Below, piece after piece: positions 23,294-36,567 of a stretch of 39,941 bases of DNA. The notes beneath the pieces are model-generated. The model was not told the origin of the DNA and searched no databases. It saw nothing but the letters and a program-made list of their open reading frames with translations. Origin of the DNA: Pelomyxa schiedti (taxonomy: Eukaryota; Protista; Evosea); the NCBI GenBank assembly GCA_020536535.1, contig JAHLWZ010000237.1:1-39941 (forward strand), in the 5' to 3' direction. Numbering within the stretch: the first letter of the stretch is position 1; each line of letters begins with the position of its first letter. The position numbers were made by a program, and so were the translations under genes.

Positions 23294-26200
23294 TCAGGAA
23301 ATCCCAAATACTAGTGCTGTAGTGAAGGTCGGTGGCGATTCTGGTGAACCTGTTGCCGTCGGCGATGTCGTCGCCGTTGCCGTCGTTGCTGCTCTCTGGT
23401 GTACTGTACCAGGATGGCTTGACTTGTACTTTTTGAACCTCGCAGACAGCTCCTTGGCAGCAGCACCGTGGCCCAGGGAGTAGTAGATATCACACAGAGA
23501 CTGCATGGCACGGGAGCACAGGGGGTTCTGCTCCAGGCACTGCAGAAGAACCCTCTCGGCGACGGCCGGGAGCCCAAGGGCTTTGTTCACGTAGTCCCCG
23601 TACTGGTACAGGGTCTCTGAGTCACCTGGGTCGACAATCAGTGCCTTGAGGAAGTAGCGGTAAGCATCCTCGTTCTGGCAGGAAGCGAAACAGAAAAAGT
23701 GAGTTATGGGTTTGGGGTTTTGGGTTGTGTGGTGCATTTGTTTGTTGAGTTTGGGGAGTGATGAAAAATGGGAGAAAAAATACCAGTAGTTCAGTACCGG
23801 AGAAGAAGCTGAGAGTTATTTGAGCTAGGTTCCGAAGTGTAATTTTGTTATTTGGGCAGCACTCGAGGGATTTGAGGAAGAATCGTTTGGACTGGGACAT
23901 AGAATATAGAGGAGCAGCTGTGTATCGGGCCTGTGCGGTTGTCGGTTAGTTAGGTGTCAGTGCTTTGAGAAGTGGGATAGACTTCAAGTTTCAAGAAATA
24001 GCCTCTGGAATGGTTGATAATGCTCATGTGCTTAACTCTTGGCTTGATAACCTGCGTGTGCCAAGTGAGTGATTATCAAGTGCCACCCACTTTCCACTGC
24101 TGGCTTACCTGGATATCTCCTTCGTATAGCTAAGTGAAAATTAGAAAATAGGAAATGGGATTGAACTTTGAAACTTTTTCAAGAAAATCGAGAGTTGAAT
24201 CTTTGGATTTTTGCATAAATGTCATTAAAGTTGGTGCTAGTTTACATCCTGTCAAACGTAGTATTCGTTTTAGAAGAAGAACCATGGCTGGAGTGTGAGT
24301 GCGTTCCTAATATTAGTCAGGTGTATTTTCAGAAGGAAAAATTAAACGAAACCTCTATAAGGAACAGTTTCTGGGGCAGTTGGGATGCTTTTCCACTTCG
24401 TAGAAGAGACACTATATCAACTTGGAATTTTGATTTCACACTATTTGTGATCTTTATAGGGTGTTACCCCGTTAAAAAAAAGAAAAATCACTCACTTCAG
24501 TCCAGCATTGAAGATTTGCCAACTCTCGGAACTTGGAGACAAATATATTTACAAAAGGAGTTTCAGCAGGCTGATCTAACATTTTCTGAAATAAAGCAAA
24601 TACGTTGAGCAACAATAGGGCAAATAATGCACAAGGAAACCATTAAATTTCGCTGCTGGGCGTATATGTTCAGCCGAATTGCCCTGGCAATCATCTCGAT
24701 ACATAGCAGTACCAGTGTATTATGTAATCCATCAGAAAAGAAAGGTTGTCCAGCATAGATTTCATTAGCTGCGATAGCAACTTTACCAAGATGCCGGAAA
24801 TTGACACCCCTTGATAGGTGAATTGAATGGATAAGGAAGAAAATCATTTACCAAGAATGGACCACAGTTTTCAGAGGAAAATCCCACGCAGACTCTTCAA
24901 ATATTTTCTCAACAAGCTGTCGTGCACACTAATTAAAGTCGGACATCACTGTTCAACTCTTACAGTCGTGTAAAAAGCGTACATTTGGGATTGCTTCCTT
25001 GTGGAGATACTCACTGGCACAAAGAACATCATGGTTGAGTTTGGCTTCATTCTCTGAATAACACTGATGTTAAAATGTCCGAATAGATTTCCAGGAAAAC
25101 CTTGGTCGTGCATAAACCTACTCCATGCATCTGAACAAAGAGGAGTTGAAAATTGACGCACAAGCTCTGGTCTGAGAAGCTCGAACAAGTGTGATCGGCT
25201 TCAATAGTGTGAGATCGGAAAAGAATAGTGTGGAACTACGTCTTAGATGCTGATGGTGGAGCTTCTGGGGGAAAGGTGCGGCTGAAATCCAACAGGTAAA
25301 ACCGATTATCTGGAGCAATGTGCCCCTCTGTGTCAGCACAGGTAAATATCAAGGCGTCGTTGATTTTATGTGGAACTAAGTTCAATTTTGATGCCAAAGA
25401 TTCAAGAATCTGTACTGAACCACAGTTATATTGTTGGATGTTCGTACCATTCAAACCTGTGATGGAACATGTTCGTCAGTGTGGAAATGTTGCCCAGCAT
25501 CACTGGTTCCCAGAACAATAGTGTTCTCAGTTATTGGTAGTAAGGTCATGGCAATTAATCGGAACCCTCTATAACCAATAAGCCTTTCTCAATGTGGTGT
25601 GAAAAAAAACCTGTAATCAACAAGAGCCATAAGAGGGAGTGACAATCCATATGTCTCTTCTTTGTAAATGTTTACTAAAGACTTTTCTTTTGTTATTGAC
25701 AGATTTATCTCCACGCAAAAAACCTTCAGTTCATGCCCAGCTACTTTCGCAGCATCCCAGTCATCACTGAAGAGTCCCTATGCCATTTAAGGTGGAGGTA
25801 GAAAAGGGAAAGGAATAACATGTCTATCAACAGCAAATTTGAAAAGTATATTGTTCACAATGTACCTAGTATTTCAATGAATCAATATATCTGATAACTT
25901 AGAAGGTACTTATCCCCTCCAGCAATTCCCCCCAAAGAAAGAGGCTTTACAGTCTTTTGAGAGACTGGTAGATAACGTTCATTAATTATAATGACGCCAT
26001 ACCTACATTACAAGTAACCATTTGTGGAGAAATTTTATAAAATGTCAAAGGACATGCATTCTAGCAATATGGATAAAGTCTGAAGCAAGATTTGAAAGCT
26101 CTTGGTTAATTCCAAGTTTATCATCAAATTTTCCTTCAGAGAATCTTTCATTTATTTGTTTTAATATAAAAAAGGAGAAGAAAAATGGGGAGTACTTGAG

Positions 26201-27927
26201 ACAGTGGATTCTTTCCGTAATAGACTGGAACCTGGCATTTAAATCAGAACTGACATTACACAGATGTGAAGGCGGCAAAAGAACTGGTGCATCATCCAGA
26301 GAGGTCAATTGATTCACAAGGTGTCGATGAGGCATGAAGGCTTCTGGGGTAGACACTCGGTCCGCCTGGGTTACAGGTAGAGATAATTTTCCTTGGAGTG
26401 GGGAATCTTCATAATTTCCATTTGCGGATGGGGCGCCCTGTTCATAACTTCCGTTGGCAGGTGGTGCCCGGCGAAGGGATGGAAGATATGAGTAATTATT
26501 ACCGGGTGTTGTAGTGTTGGCGGGGGCGGGAGGTGGAGTAGTGGAAGAAATGGGAGAAGAAATTGTTTCTGGTTTGTCAGAGCCAATAGTGGTGTCCCTT
26601 TTGTGACTCAGTTTTAATGTGGAAGGGAAAAAAGGAGAACCAGGAAGTCTGAAGTGATTTGTGCTTATCTTTTACATCACTCATTGATACTACACTTTCA
26701 TATCGTGGAAGTGGAGAGCAAAAAAGTGGTGGCTCTTCCTTTGAGAAGATCTACATATTGGGAGGTTAAATGTGGGCAGGTGGTCAAATCTTACTTGATC
26801 AATTCTTGATGATAAATTGTTCTGTAGCACACTATTGTTTGAGATAGCCCTCACCAGCAACTTTGCGTTTATGCACGTTCCAAGAGAAACATAAGACCAA
26901 TGCAACAGGTCATTATCATCTAGTATGTCAGATACTCGTACACAACAATTGCCAACCAACTGACGCCGAGACAGTAAACCTTTCTGGGAGGAGTAGTCAA
27001 TACACAACTCCCAAGGTAGAGAGTTGGAGCATGAACCTTTGTATAAAAAACTGTAACACTCAGTATCAGCAGCCTGGCGCTAGCTCCTGACACAGTGCAC
27101 ACAAACTCAGGCGAGAAAGCGGTGCTCGTGTTGGTCTCATTTGGCCACGCAGCCAGGCCATTCCAACGCCTTGCTGCAGCTGTCACATTTGCCACAGCAG
27201 CCAAATAGTCCTCATCCCTCTCCAAATCAATGCCACAAGCATTGGAATTATCATTATCGTTAAAATTAGCATTAGCATTCGCCTTAACACTGTCACTGGC
27301 AGTAGCATTTGAACCAGTCGCCGAAGAACACGTAGTGCCAACACCACAAACAGACGAGGCCTCAGCGTCTGAAGTACAACACGAAGGTGTAGTAGTAGGA
27401 GCACAAACAGCCTCGACAGCAGAATTGCAACAACTAGCACTAGCGTTGGTGCTCCTACTAGTAGCAGGAGCAGGAGCAGGAGCAGGAGCAGAGGTGAGAG
27501 CGCGGGGAGCCCCCCACAGCGGCCCAAACCCCGACCCATGAGACAGCCTCATTATTCCCCTCTCCGTCCCTGGCTGCTGCTCCTGCCTCGCGGGGCTACT
27601 GGTACTACTACTAGTAGCAGTAGCAGTAGAAGAAGAAGAAGAAGAAGTCGTGGCCGCCGTGCCGCCGGGGCGGGGCTGGGGCTGGGGCTGGGGCTGGGGC
27701 GAAGGCGAAGAGGGGGCGGTGGGCGTGGGCGTGGGCGGGGAGGGGGGAGCCACGAGCGCCACCTCCGCGGTTACCGCCCCCACGCACGACGGGTCGACCA
27801 GGTGGCACCACGGCATGATCTTCACCCTGCATATCCTCACGTCCACCTGCGGCTGATGAGGTTGTTGTTGCTGTTGCTGTTGCATTTGCTGCTGCGTCGT
27901 CGTGGCGGTAGCAGTCCCTCGGTTCAT
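23294..27927 (-). CDS. Clu (eIF3-p135-like) domain protein with a probable split N-terminal C2-like domain and C-terminal TPR repeats, multi-exon
   Basis: LSLGGIAGGDKY, IVNNILFKFAVD, AAKVAGHELK, LPLMALVDY, GFRLIAMTLLPI, DTEGHIAPDNRFYLLDFSRTFPPE, FELLRPELVRQFSTPLCSDAWSRF and GVNFRHLG. TPRs include YRYFLKALIVDPGDSETLYQYG. Confidence 0.8.
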
Positions 27928-28232
27928 GTGCCTGGTGGGAGGGCTTATGGGTTGGTGCGACGCTTGGGCCTACGAACTTTTTGATCAACAACGGAGGGGG
28001 AAAAAAAACGAATCTCGAAACAGAAGAGATCTCATAGGATCCGCAATAACACAAAGAAAAACAAAAAAAAAACAAAACCACAGTGGTGTGGGTGGGGTTG
28101 CCGGATTTGCGTGCTGCAATAAGTTGCGACAAACACAGAGCTATTTGTATTACACTACGATTGTTGTTGTTATAAAACTATTTGCACCTGTATACTTCAA
28201 ATACTCCACCGCCCCCAAACATCATTTACGCG

Positions 28233-29279
28233 ATGCAACAAGACTATTGTTGTATATGCCTCAGCGTGGTAGCTGACGAGCATAAAAAAGGTTTGTTTGT
28301 CTTCCTCTCTTTCTCCTTGCTATAGTAATTCCGGCAGGCACTGTTGTTGATTGCTCTCACGCTTTTTGTGAGAGTTGTTTGAGCCAGTGGGTAACCCGTA
28401 AGAGGGTGTGCCCCCTATGCAAGGGACCCATAACAGCAATTCGCACAATGTCAGAGCATGGTGTCGTGGTGTGTTACTGAAGCCTTTTTTTTTTCCCCTA
28501 GGTTCTTATCTTCTATGGTTTTTCCCCTCCACCACACTGCAGGAGACACCCTGCAGTTCGATGGCAGAGCCTAAGCCTGCCACTGAAGCTGACTTGGTAT
28601 CATCCTCTTTGCACAATAACACTTTGTGCCTCACCAAATACAGGGGTGCCTTGATCAATCCTTCTTTCTTCCGGAAGTACAACGATTAGCAGTTTTTGTT
28701 TCTGAGACCTACTCATCTTTCATGACTGAACAACGACAACCTGGTCCAGGTGATGCCCAGGTGCCTTTTGGTTTCTTGCTTTATCTACCATTAACATCAT
28801 ACATTCTAGCACCTTCGACTAACGAAACTTTGTGGCGAGATTACTGAAGAGCTAGATGAATATCAGTGTGCCCTGGCATCTGATGCATGCCTTCACTTTG
28901 ACCCAAACATGTTTCTTTCTCGACTGTATGACCTGCAGTCATGCGTTGTTACCATGAGGAGAGGGCGCTACCCTTCTTCCTACCATGCTCCCAAGTGAGT
29001 GGGGCCAGGGATTTAAAAGGAGATACGTACCTCTGCTAACTCAATTTTAGGAATGTAGATGGTGCCTATCCACATCTACCCGTAACCACCACCCGAAGTA
29101 CGCACAGTACCCATAGGACGCACACAGGCTACAACAATGAGGAAGATTACTATGATGAGGCCGACTACGACTATGACTTTGATGGTGAAGGTGGTTATGG
29201 ACTTGTGGGCAAGAAGAAGAACAGGAGAACAACCACACGCGAGGCCAGGAAACCACCCAAGTCAACCAGAAGGGTGTAA
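28233..29279 (+). CDS. Small N-terminal RING (C3HC4) protein with an acidic then basic tail, multi-exon
   Basis: MQQDYCCICLSVV...DCSHAFCESCLSQWVTRKRVCPLCKGPI. The last exon reads EEDYYDEADYDYDFD...KKKNRRTTTREARKPPKSTRRV*. Confidence 0.75.
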
Positions 29280-29449
29280 GTACGCTGAGCACACACCAAC
29301 CAAAACAGTAAAACCAAGAACTGTGCCAACATAGAGCTTTTCCAAGAAACAATGGAAGAAAAGAGAATGCTCTGACACCAAAAACATTTTATGAATTTTT
29401 TTTTTTACTATTCTCTGTTCTGTTTGGAATGGTGCGGAAGGGTACAGGC

Positions 29450-30110
29450 TTATGAAGAGGTGTTCATTGGTGTGGGGGCAGTGGTTGTTGTGGCTGGAGG
29501 GGGTGCTGTTGGGGGTGGTGCGGTGGGTGCTTGATCGGGCCGAAGGGGGTTCTTCACTATGAGAATGACAGAATCTCCTCTGAGAAACATCTTGCTGATA
29601 AATCGTTCTCTGTTGACAGCTTTGGCTTTCTTTTTGCCCTTACCGGTTTTTGGTAGTTCAGTCCAATTTTCTTGGTTGTGGACAAATTAGAACAAGAAAG
29701 GTTATGAAGGAGGAGGGATTTTGTTGTTGTTTGGGTAATAGTGCAAATTCGGCTAGAGGGAAAAACACACCCTGGACGTTTTCCAGAACCATATTGCAGT
29801 GCCTATCAAAAGCTTTCACTCGTCCAAGGAGTTTTTTGTTGTTGCGTACATTTATCAACACCTGTGTGTGGTCTCTTACGCTGTCAGTGAGGACAGAAAG
29901 AGGCCCCTTCTTGAATGCCTCTTGTTCCTCTTTTTCCTTTTTTTTTTTGTAATGGTTTGTTTTTATTTAGGTGATACATAAGCATTAGAAAGTTAGAGAG
30001 ATACTCTTTCTTCAGGCGTCTTGTCGGGTTCTTTTTCTCGTAGTGGTCTTCGGCTGCTGGGGAAAAAAAATCACACTCGGAAGTAGTGATGCTATTTTTA
30101 CAAACCTCAT
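29450..30110 (-). CDS. SNRPD2: Small nuclear ribonucleoprotein Sm D2, multi-exon
   Basis: [83 protein letters not shown]. Confidence 0.95.
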
Positions 30111-30433
30111 CGTGTCGCGATTCCCAACAAAACAAATAAAAAAAAATGCGGCAGGCACAGCACCTACGATGGGTTTTTTTTTCTTTTTTCTTCTTGGTTA
30201 ATTTTCCATTTCTGAGGGGAGGTGTGATCGCAGTATCCCCAGAAAAGTTTCTACTGTGAGGTCTACACCCCAAGTGTACCGCGATAAGAGTTGCCTGAGT
30301 CTTGCTAGACTGAGAACAGCTGTATGAGGACGATTAAGACCTTTCCGAGAATAACCTTACTACTTCTACTCATTCAGATCGTACTGTTAAAAAACAAACA
30401 AAAGGGACCAAAATCCGCGACGTCTTGCGGCTC

Positions 30434-33400
30434 ATGTCCAGCGACAAGGAAGATCTGCAGCGCGAAACCCGCGGGGGTGGTACCCCCTCGTCAGCGGAGA
30501 CAAAGCTAAGATCTCGCTCGCACTCCTCGACATCTTCAAAAACGATGGTTGCGATAGCGATGGCGGCGGCCTCACCGCCGCCAAATCCGCCTCCCCCTCT
30601 TCCTCATCCACATCCGCCCCCGAGTCACCCGCCGCCGCCGGTTCCTTCTTCCGCCTCCGGAGATCTGACGCCGCGGCGCAGCGGCGGAAAAGTAATAATC
30701 ACCAGCGGCGGCAAAACGGCGAGTGCGAGTGCGGGAGTGGCGGCGGAATCTGGAAGCGGATCGTCGCCACGTGGATTGAGAGTTCCTGACGACCGTGGCA
30801 GGTCTCTGTCTCACTCCCACTCGCGGTCTCGCTCGCGCTCGCGCTCGATGCCGCGCTCGGCGCCTCGCTCAAGGTCACGATCGAGGTCATTGTCACTGTC
30901 TCCGCCTCGTTCTCAGTCTCCGCCTCGGTCTCGGTCACGGTCACATTCGCCGCGCTCAAAGATGAGAACTAGGCATAGGTCAAAGTCAAGGAGCAAATCC
31001 CGGCCAAGGCATTTTTCTAGATCCCCATCACAGTCACCTTTGAGGTCGAGGTCTAGAGAGAGAACTCGATATGACAGGGATAGAAGGCCACGGGACAGAT
31101 ATGACAGGGAGAGATACGACCGGGATAGGAGATACAGAGATAGATTTGACAGGGATCATTACAGAAGCCGCACTGAACGAGAGAAGCCTAGAGTTAGGGA
31201 CAAGGCTACAGACGAGAAACGGGCACATCACCGATCTCCAAGTTGTACATAGAATATTCCTGAACTCTGTGTTAATCAACCTGTAGGTGATAGCCATGTG
31301 GCTCTTTCTGGTACACCTCATCACCGAAGGAACAGAAGTTCAAAACTTCCAGCTGCCAGCAATACTTTATCCAAGAAGATTGGACACTATGTATGCCTCC
31401 TCATCATATTATCACTTGACTCTGTTTCAGCAATGTGGCACTTTACTTGGAGTGTCCAGCACTTGTCGGATTTATTCCGCCGTTAATGTAACATCTGGCG
31501 ATAGTGCTATTGTTAGGCAATTTGATATGCTCAAAATTCCAGCTGCAATGATGAAACCCATTAAAGTGCACGTGAGACCATGAATTTCTTTCAATAACAC
31601 AGGCTTAGATAAACTATCCTCGTATACGGACACTAGCACACCCAAATCTGGTCAGTTTGAAAGAAGTCCTTTTTGTTGATGACACTCTCTATGCTGTGAC
31701 TGGTAAGTTTTATTCTATTTCCATTTTCCCTTAAGAACACCAACAAGATTTCATTGAGGGGTCACATTCACTCACCACTCTCCTCCATAAACACAAGTCA
31801 TTTCCCCCAAACTTGGTATCTCGCTGCATTTTCCAGGTTGACCACAGGTTTTAAATTCGTTTTCTGAAAGCCCCCAGATACTTGCAGTTCTCGAGTATTT
31901 ACACAAGGCTGACTATATGTGTGGCGGAATACATAGCACCAATGTTATTGTAGATCCCACAGGCACAATAAAGATCGCCCATGTGAACCCACTTGTAAAT
32001 CTACAAGCTCCAGGGCCCGTCGGGGTTGTCTATGAGACTCCAGCATATGGCACGTACTTTTTCCTATTGTATTTCTTCTTATGTTGTCCCAGTACCCCTA
32101 GAAGTGGTTGCTGGAAAACCTCATTCTAAGTCATCAGATATCTGGTATGCACAGCCGTTGTGGTATTGCACTTTAATTCGTATAGGGCACTTGGATGTCT
32201 TTGCATTGAGTTATTGACTGGCATGGAGCCCTATGCGGACTGCGCTAACCCTTTTGAAGCCTATGCCAAAATACTTACAGACAAGCATCCAACATTTCCA
32301 TCCACCATTTCTGAGGTACAGACAAAAAAAACACTTTACTGGAAGTAAGTTGACTCTGCCCAGGACTTGAACGATTTTTTGCTGAGGTGTTTCACCCCAG
32401 ACCCAGAAAGTAGACCTTCAGCAAGCAATCTGAAGAGTCACCCATGGCTTACACTTGGCCAAGTTATCACACTTCCTCACCTCACCACACCACTCAATAT
32501 CTAAATTTCTTCCAGACATGTGAATCTGAATCTGTGTTGCGCACTTTTATTACAGCCACAGCTACCTCTGATGACTCAGGTTTATTGTTTTACGAATGTC
32601 CTATAATGGTAACATTTTTCTCTTCTCCATTCAGTGGCAAAGCCAAACAGCGAACCAGTGGTGTTGATTCGTCAAACCGGCTCAGTAGAGGAAGATATTC
32701 TCCATTTCACAGAAGTTGCAGCACAGCATCAACTCATATTTGAAAAAATATCGAGGACACCAGAGGGACAGGCCCCTGGTGAAGTCCTAGCAGTCCTTAA
32801 GGAAAGTTGTCATTGGCAGCAACAAATTCTGAAACTCTTAGCACAGTACCACACAATTATATAGGTTCCTCTAATCCCATTAGGTTACAAAAAACCATTT
32901 CAGAGGAGCAACGAAGGAACACTGCTCTCATTTTAGACAAATCCCTTGTTGACCGCATGCTTGTTGAATACCAACAAGAAATCGGGAAAGCTGATTTAAT
33001 TGTCGCAAATATTTGTAAATTAGAAGATTTACTCATTCAATCAGGCAAATTCACTCTTTTCATGAAAACCTCCTTATATGAACAAGGTGGTGTAGAAAAA
33101 CTTGCATCAGTGCTTTATGGTAAATTATCACTGGACGCCTTCACAGGCGCTAGTCTTGCAGGGTTTCTCAACCACTTCGAAGGTTTTTTTTTTACATTCC
33201 CTCTGTAGCTTGATTGACTGAATTTCAGATACAAAAAAATGGAGGAAAAAATACTGTGTTCTCAAGGATAATTTTTTGCTAACATTTAAATCTTTCAAGG
33301 TTTAACTATGATTTTTATTAGCTTCAGCTCACTTTCCACAGCTAACTGAATTGGCTTTGAATGCATATTACATTGCCGAAAAAACTGTCGAAATAATTGG

Positions 33401-34951
33401 GGAAACAGCAATTCATGGGCACTGCTTTCGGTGTAACTCCCAAGTATTTTTTTTTCCCTTCCCGTCGTTTCTTCTCCCACCACGTCACACTGGTTGTCAT
33501 TTAAGGGATTCCTATTCCCAGTTGTTTGCTGCAGATGACGAAGAAACTATGGCTAACTGGATATCCGCAATAAAAAGTAGTACCTATTGGTATGAAAGGA
33601 AAGAAGACGAGCTCAGCAAGGCTAAGGTTTGGAGTCCCCACCTATGCCCCCATCATTTAACATGGCACACCTTTAAAAGAAATCGTTAAGATCGCAACAG
33701 AGTCCTATCAAAAGAACTGAGAGTAGATCATTCTTAACCCAGGAGACCAAAGAGGCTATAGCTACTCTAACACACACAACTTCAATGTCACCACTGTCAA
33801 ATAACAGCACACTGGCCCCAAACACCCGTATCAGAGTAAATAGCGCATCTGCAATTACCGAATCGGTACCTGCAACACGCACACGAGGGAACAGCAGCAC
33901 AATAGAGTCCGCACCAAGCCCCTCTATACAGGCTGTACCCGAAGCAAAAACACCGGAGTCAGTTGACACCCGAACCAAATCGGAGACAAAACTTACTTCC
34001 TCAAAAGTGAAACTAGACTCCAAACCTCCGGATACAAAACCAAAAGTCGAGGTTAAAACTGCAGAATCCCCCAAGCTTGAACCAAAACCGAAATCTCCCA
34101 ACGAACTTGATGACCGTGTATGCTGAGACACAAAAATGATTTGCCTAACCCACAACCAGTTACCAATGTTTGGTCTCTCCCTTGAATACTTAGCACAACG
34201 TGAGATGGTGGTAGTACCCTCCGTCGTCGAAACACTAATTGATCACCTTCTGAAATATGGTGATTCTTTTCCTACTTTTCTTTGCTGGAGGGGGTTAATG
34301 AAGTTCAACAAGTTAATTTTAAAAAGCTATTGCTGAGGAAGGAATTCTTCGCGTTCCAGGCAGTTACACAGAAATTAATGCTATCAAAGACGAGATTGAA
34401 AGAGAGCCGTGGGATATTAACTTAAAGCCACATGAGCTGCATGCTATTGCCGGACTTCTGAAAGTAAGTGTCGCACTACCTTCCTCTCAGGGTTTAATAA
34501 ATATAAGGTTTTTTTTCGGGAATTGCCAGTGCCACTCATCCCCCCTGAAGTGAATATGCGTTGCCAGGAACTTCAAAGTTGTCAAACAAACTTTCAATGC
34601 CTCTCTAAACTTTCTTCTCCGTAGATGAAGCCAGTGCACAAAATTTGGATGAAAGCATCCTAGCTGTATCAATAGCCCAAGTTCTACAGAATGAAATTCC
34701 CGTTGTACATTTTGCTGTACTGCAAGTCAGTCCCTACATCCCAAAGCAATACTCACCCTGTAACACAGAGATTAGTCGACCTAGTTATTGCTATTGAAAG
34801 TAATGCCGCAGTAAACCGCATGACCCTCGACAATCTATTGACATGCCTGGTCCCCTCTTTGAGCTGCAGCCCCGTAATTTTCGTTATGGCAATGCAACAC
34901 TATGATACATTCTGGCCACATGACAAAGACAAACCCAGAAAAGGCTCTTGA
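30434..34951 (+). CDS. RS/RD-repeat region + STE/Cdc15-like pseudokinase + PH-like domain + RhoGAP, multi-exon
   Basis: RS/RD repeats at 30800-31240. Kinase-fold motifs KIGHYQCGTLLG, HPNLV, ETPAY, SDIWALGCLCIELLTG and RPSASNLKSHPW. PH C-terminal helix FAADDEETMANWISAI. RhoGAP motifs MFGLSLEYL, VPSVVETLIDHL, EEGILRVPGS, IAGLLK.FFRELPVPLIP and NRMTLDNL. Confidence 0.8.
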
Positions 34952-35119
34952 GCACGACACTCCTATACAAAACTCAACCATACCAATAACCAACTAAGTT
35001 TTGAGGTGTACACATTACGAAATAAAAAAAAAATAAAAAAAGAACTCCCAATTCGTTCCTCGAAGTAGATACTTCGGGCAACTCCTCAAAAAAGAAAAAA
35101 AAAAATAAAACTACACGAA

Positions 35120-35978
35120 ATGAAGTGCTGCACCGAAGCAACCTCCACAACTACGACAACTGGCCCAGAATGCTGCAATAAAAAATGCACAAGTAAGTCG
35201 TTTCTATTTCGTGTGAGCGGCGCTGCGGGCGGTGTTTTTTTTTTTTTTCCCCCTTCTTCTCCCCGAGCGAACGAACATCGAGTAACGAGAACGACTAGTG
35301 GGCCACTTGTTATTGTGGGAGTCCAAACTGCGCACTGGTTCGGTGTTCTTATTTGGTCACGCTGCATTCTACTTTGCCACACATAGTCACTTTACAGTTT
35401 TGACTTTGATGTCCACCGTGGCGCTTCTGGTCATGTTGGCATTCGCTGTGCACGTTTACGGCAAGAAATTCTGTGCACATTATCTGGGAGTAGACACGCC
35501 AGTACCCACTTACAAGTTGATGAAGCTAACTAAATTGTAACTACACAACTCACACGGGACTACAGGGCAGAGGAGTGGACACTTACAGAAGAGCGAATTT
35601 CGGTTGTGGCCAAGATTCTTACCCAAGTTATAAATCAGTTCGTCTCTAGTGTCTCCCAAGTTTTCAACTTCAACCCACCATCCAAATCAATAAAGGTATG
35701 ATAAAGTCTTTCGCCCAACCCACAGGAAATAATCTCACCAATAGTTTGCCTTTTTCATGTTTATACTCGCCTCCGTTGGGAAAGTATTCAGCGGCACAAC
35801 TCTTGCATACCTTGTGTTTTTGGGTGCATTCACTGTTCCAGCACTTCTACATCACTACCGCGAGAAAATAAGCACCACACGAACCAAAGTGGAACAAAAG
35901 ATTACCAACACACTGGCCTCCTTGTTTATGCGCATTGCTGGGGCTGGGGACAGCAGACCCAAGGCCCACAAATCCTGA
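35120..35978 (+). CDS. Reticulon-family ER-shaping protein, multi-exon
   Basis: LLLWESKLRTGSVF followed by a long hydrophobic hairpin, and a second hairpin ILASVGKVFSGTTLAYLVFLGAFTVPALLHHYREKI. Confidence 0.85.
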
Positions 35979-36138
35979 AAACCAAATGTAAAGCGAAAAA
36001 CAACATAAAAGGAGAAAACCACAGCACCCAAGAACACAAAAATACAGCCGAAGGGGAAAAAAGGTAACCACCCAAAAGGGGGAGCAAAGCGAACCACTTT
36101 TGGGTGGGGTACAACTACGCAGCGCCCCATACACAAAA

Positions 36139-36220
36139 GTGTTCGTGGCCGAGCGGTCTAAGGCGACAGATTAAGGCTCTGTTCACTTCGGTGGCGTGGG
36201 TTCAAATCCCATCGAACACA
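36139..36220 (+). tRNA. tRNA-Leu(AAG)
   Basis: Acceptor stem GTGTTCG/CGAACAC, anticodon arm ACAGA-TTAAGGC-TCTGT, long variable arm, GGTTCAAATCC and a downstream T-run. Confidence 0.95.
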
Positions 36221-36326
36221 AGGTTTTTTCTTTTTTAGATTCCACGCGTTTTCTCCCCTTTTCCTTGCGGTGGTGTTTTGGCGCTCCTTAAAAAAACCAA
36301 CACTGTTCTCCCACTTTTTTCTGAAA

Positions 36327-36413
36327 CCTCGCTTAGCTCAGTTGGTAGAGTAGTGGACTGTAGTGCAAAGCAAAGTAATCCATTTGTCGCTGGTTCGATT
36401 CCGGCAGCGAGGA
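36327..36413 (+). tRNA. tRNA-Tyr(GTA) with a ~14-nt intron at 37/38 (36364-36377)
   Basis: Acceptor stem CCTCGCT/AGCGAGG, GGA-CTGTAG-[intron]-ATCC, GGTTCGATTCC and a T-run terminator. Confidence 0.93.
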
Positions 36414-36567
36414 ACTTTTTTTCCCCCTCTCACACATAGCAGCGTTTCGTTGCTGTAGTAAACACACCACTCGCAATATTTTTTCCCCTCCCAACAACAA
36501 CAGGCCAACAGCACAAACAAACCACCTTTAAGCATGCCTTGAAAGCGATCCAAAACTTATAAAAGAA

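Noticed and set aside
31065-31160. Repeated GACAGGGA-like units resembling a short repeat array or CRISPR
   Set aside because: They encode the RD/RY peptide repeats of the RS domain and have no repeat-spacer structure.
1261-35978. Fragmented ORFs suggesting pseudogenes or an alternative genetic code
   Set aside because: Where checked, stops and frame changes fall inside short GT-AG introns and the genes end at standard stop codons.
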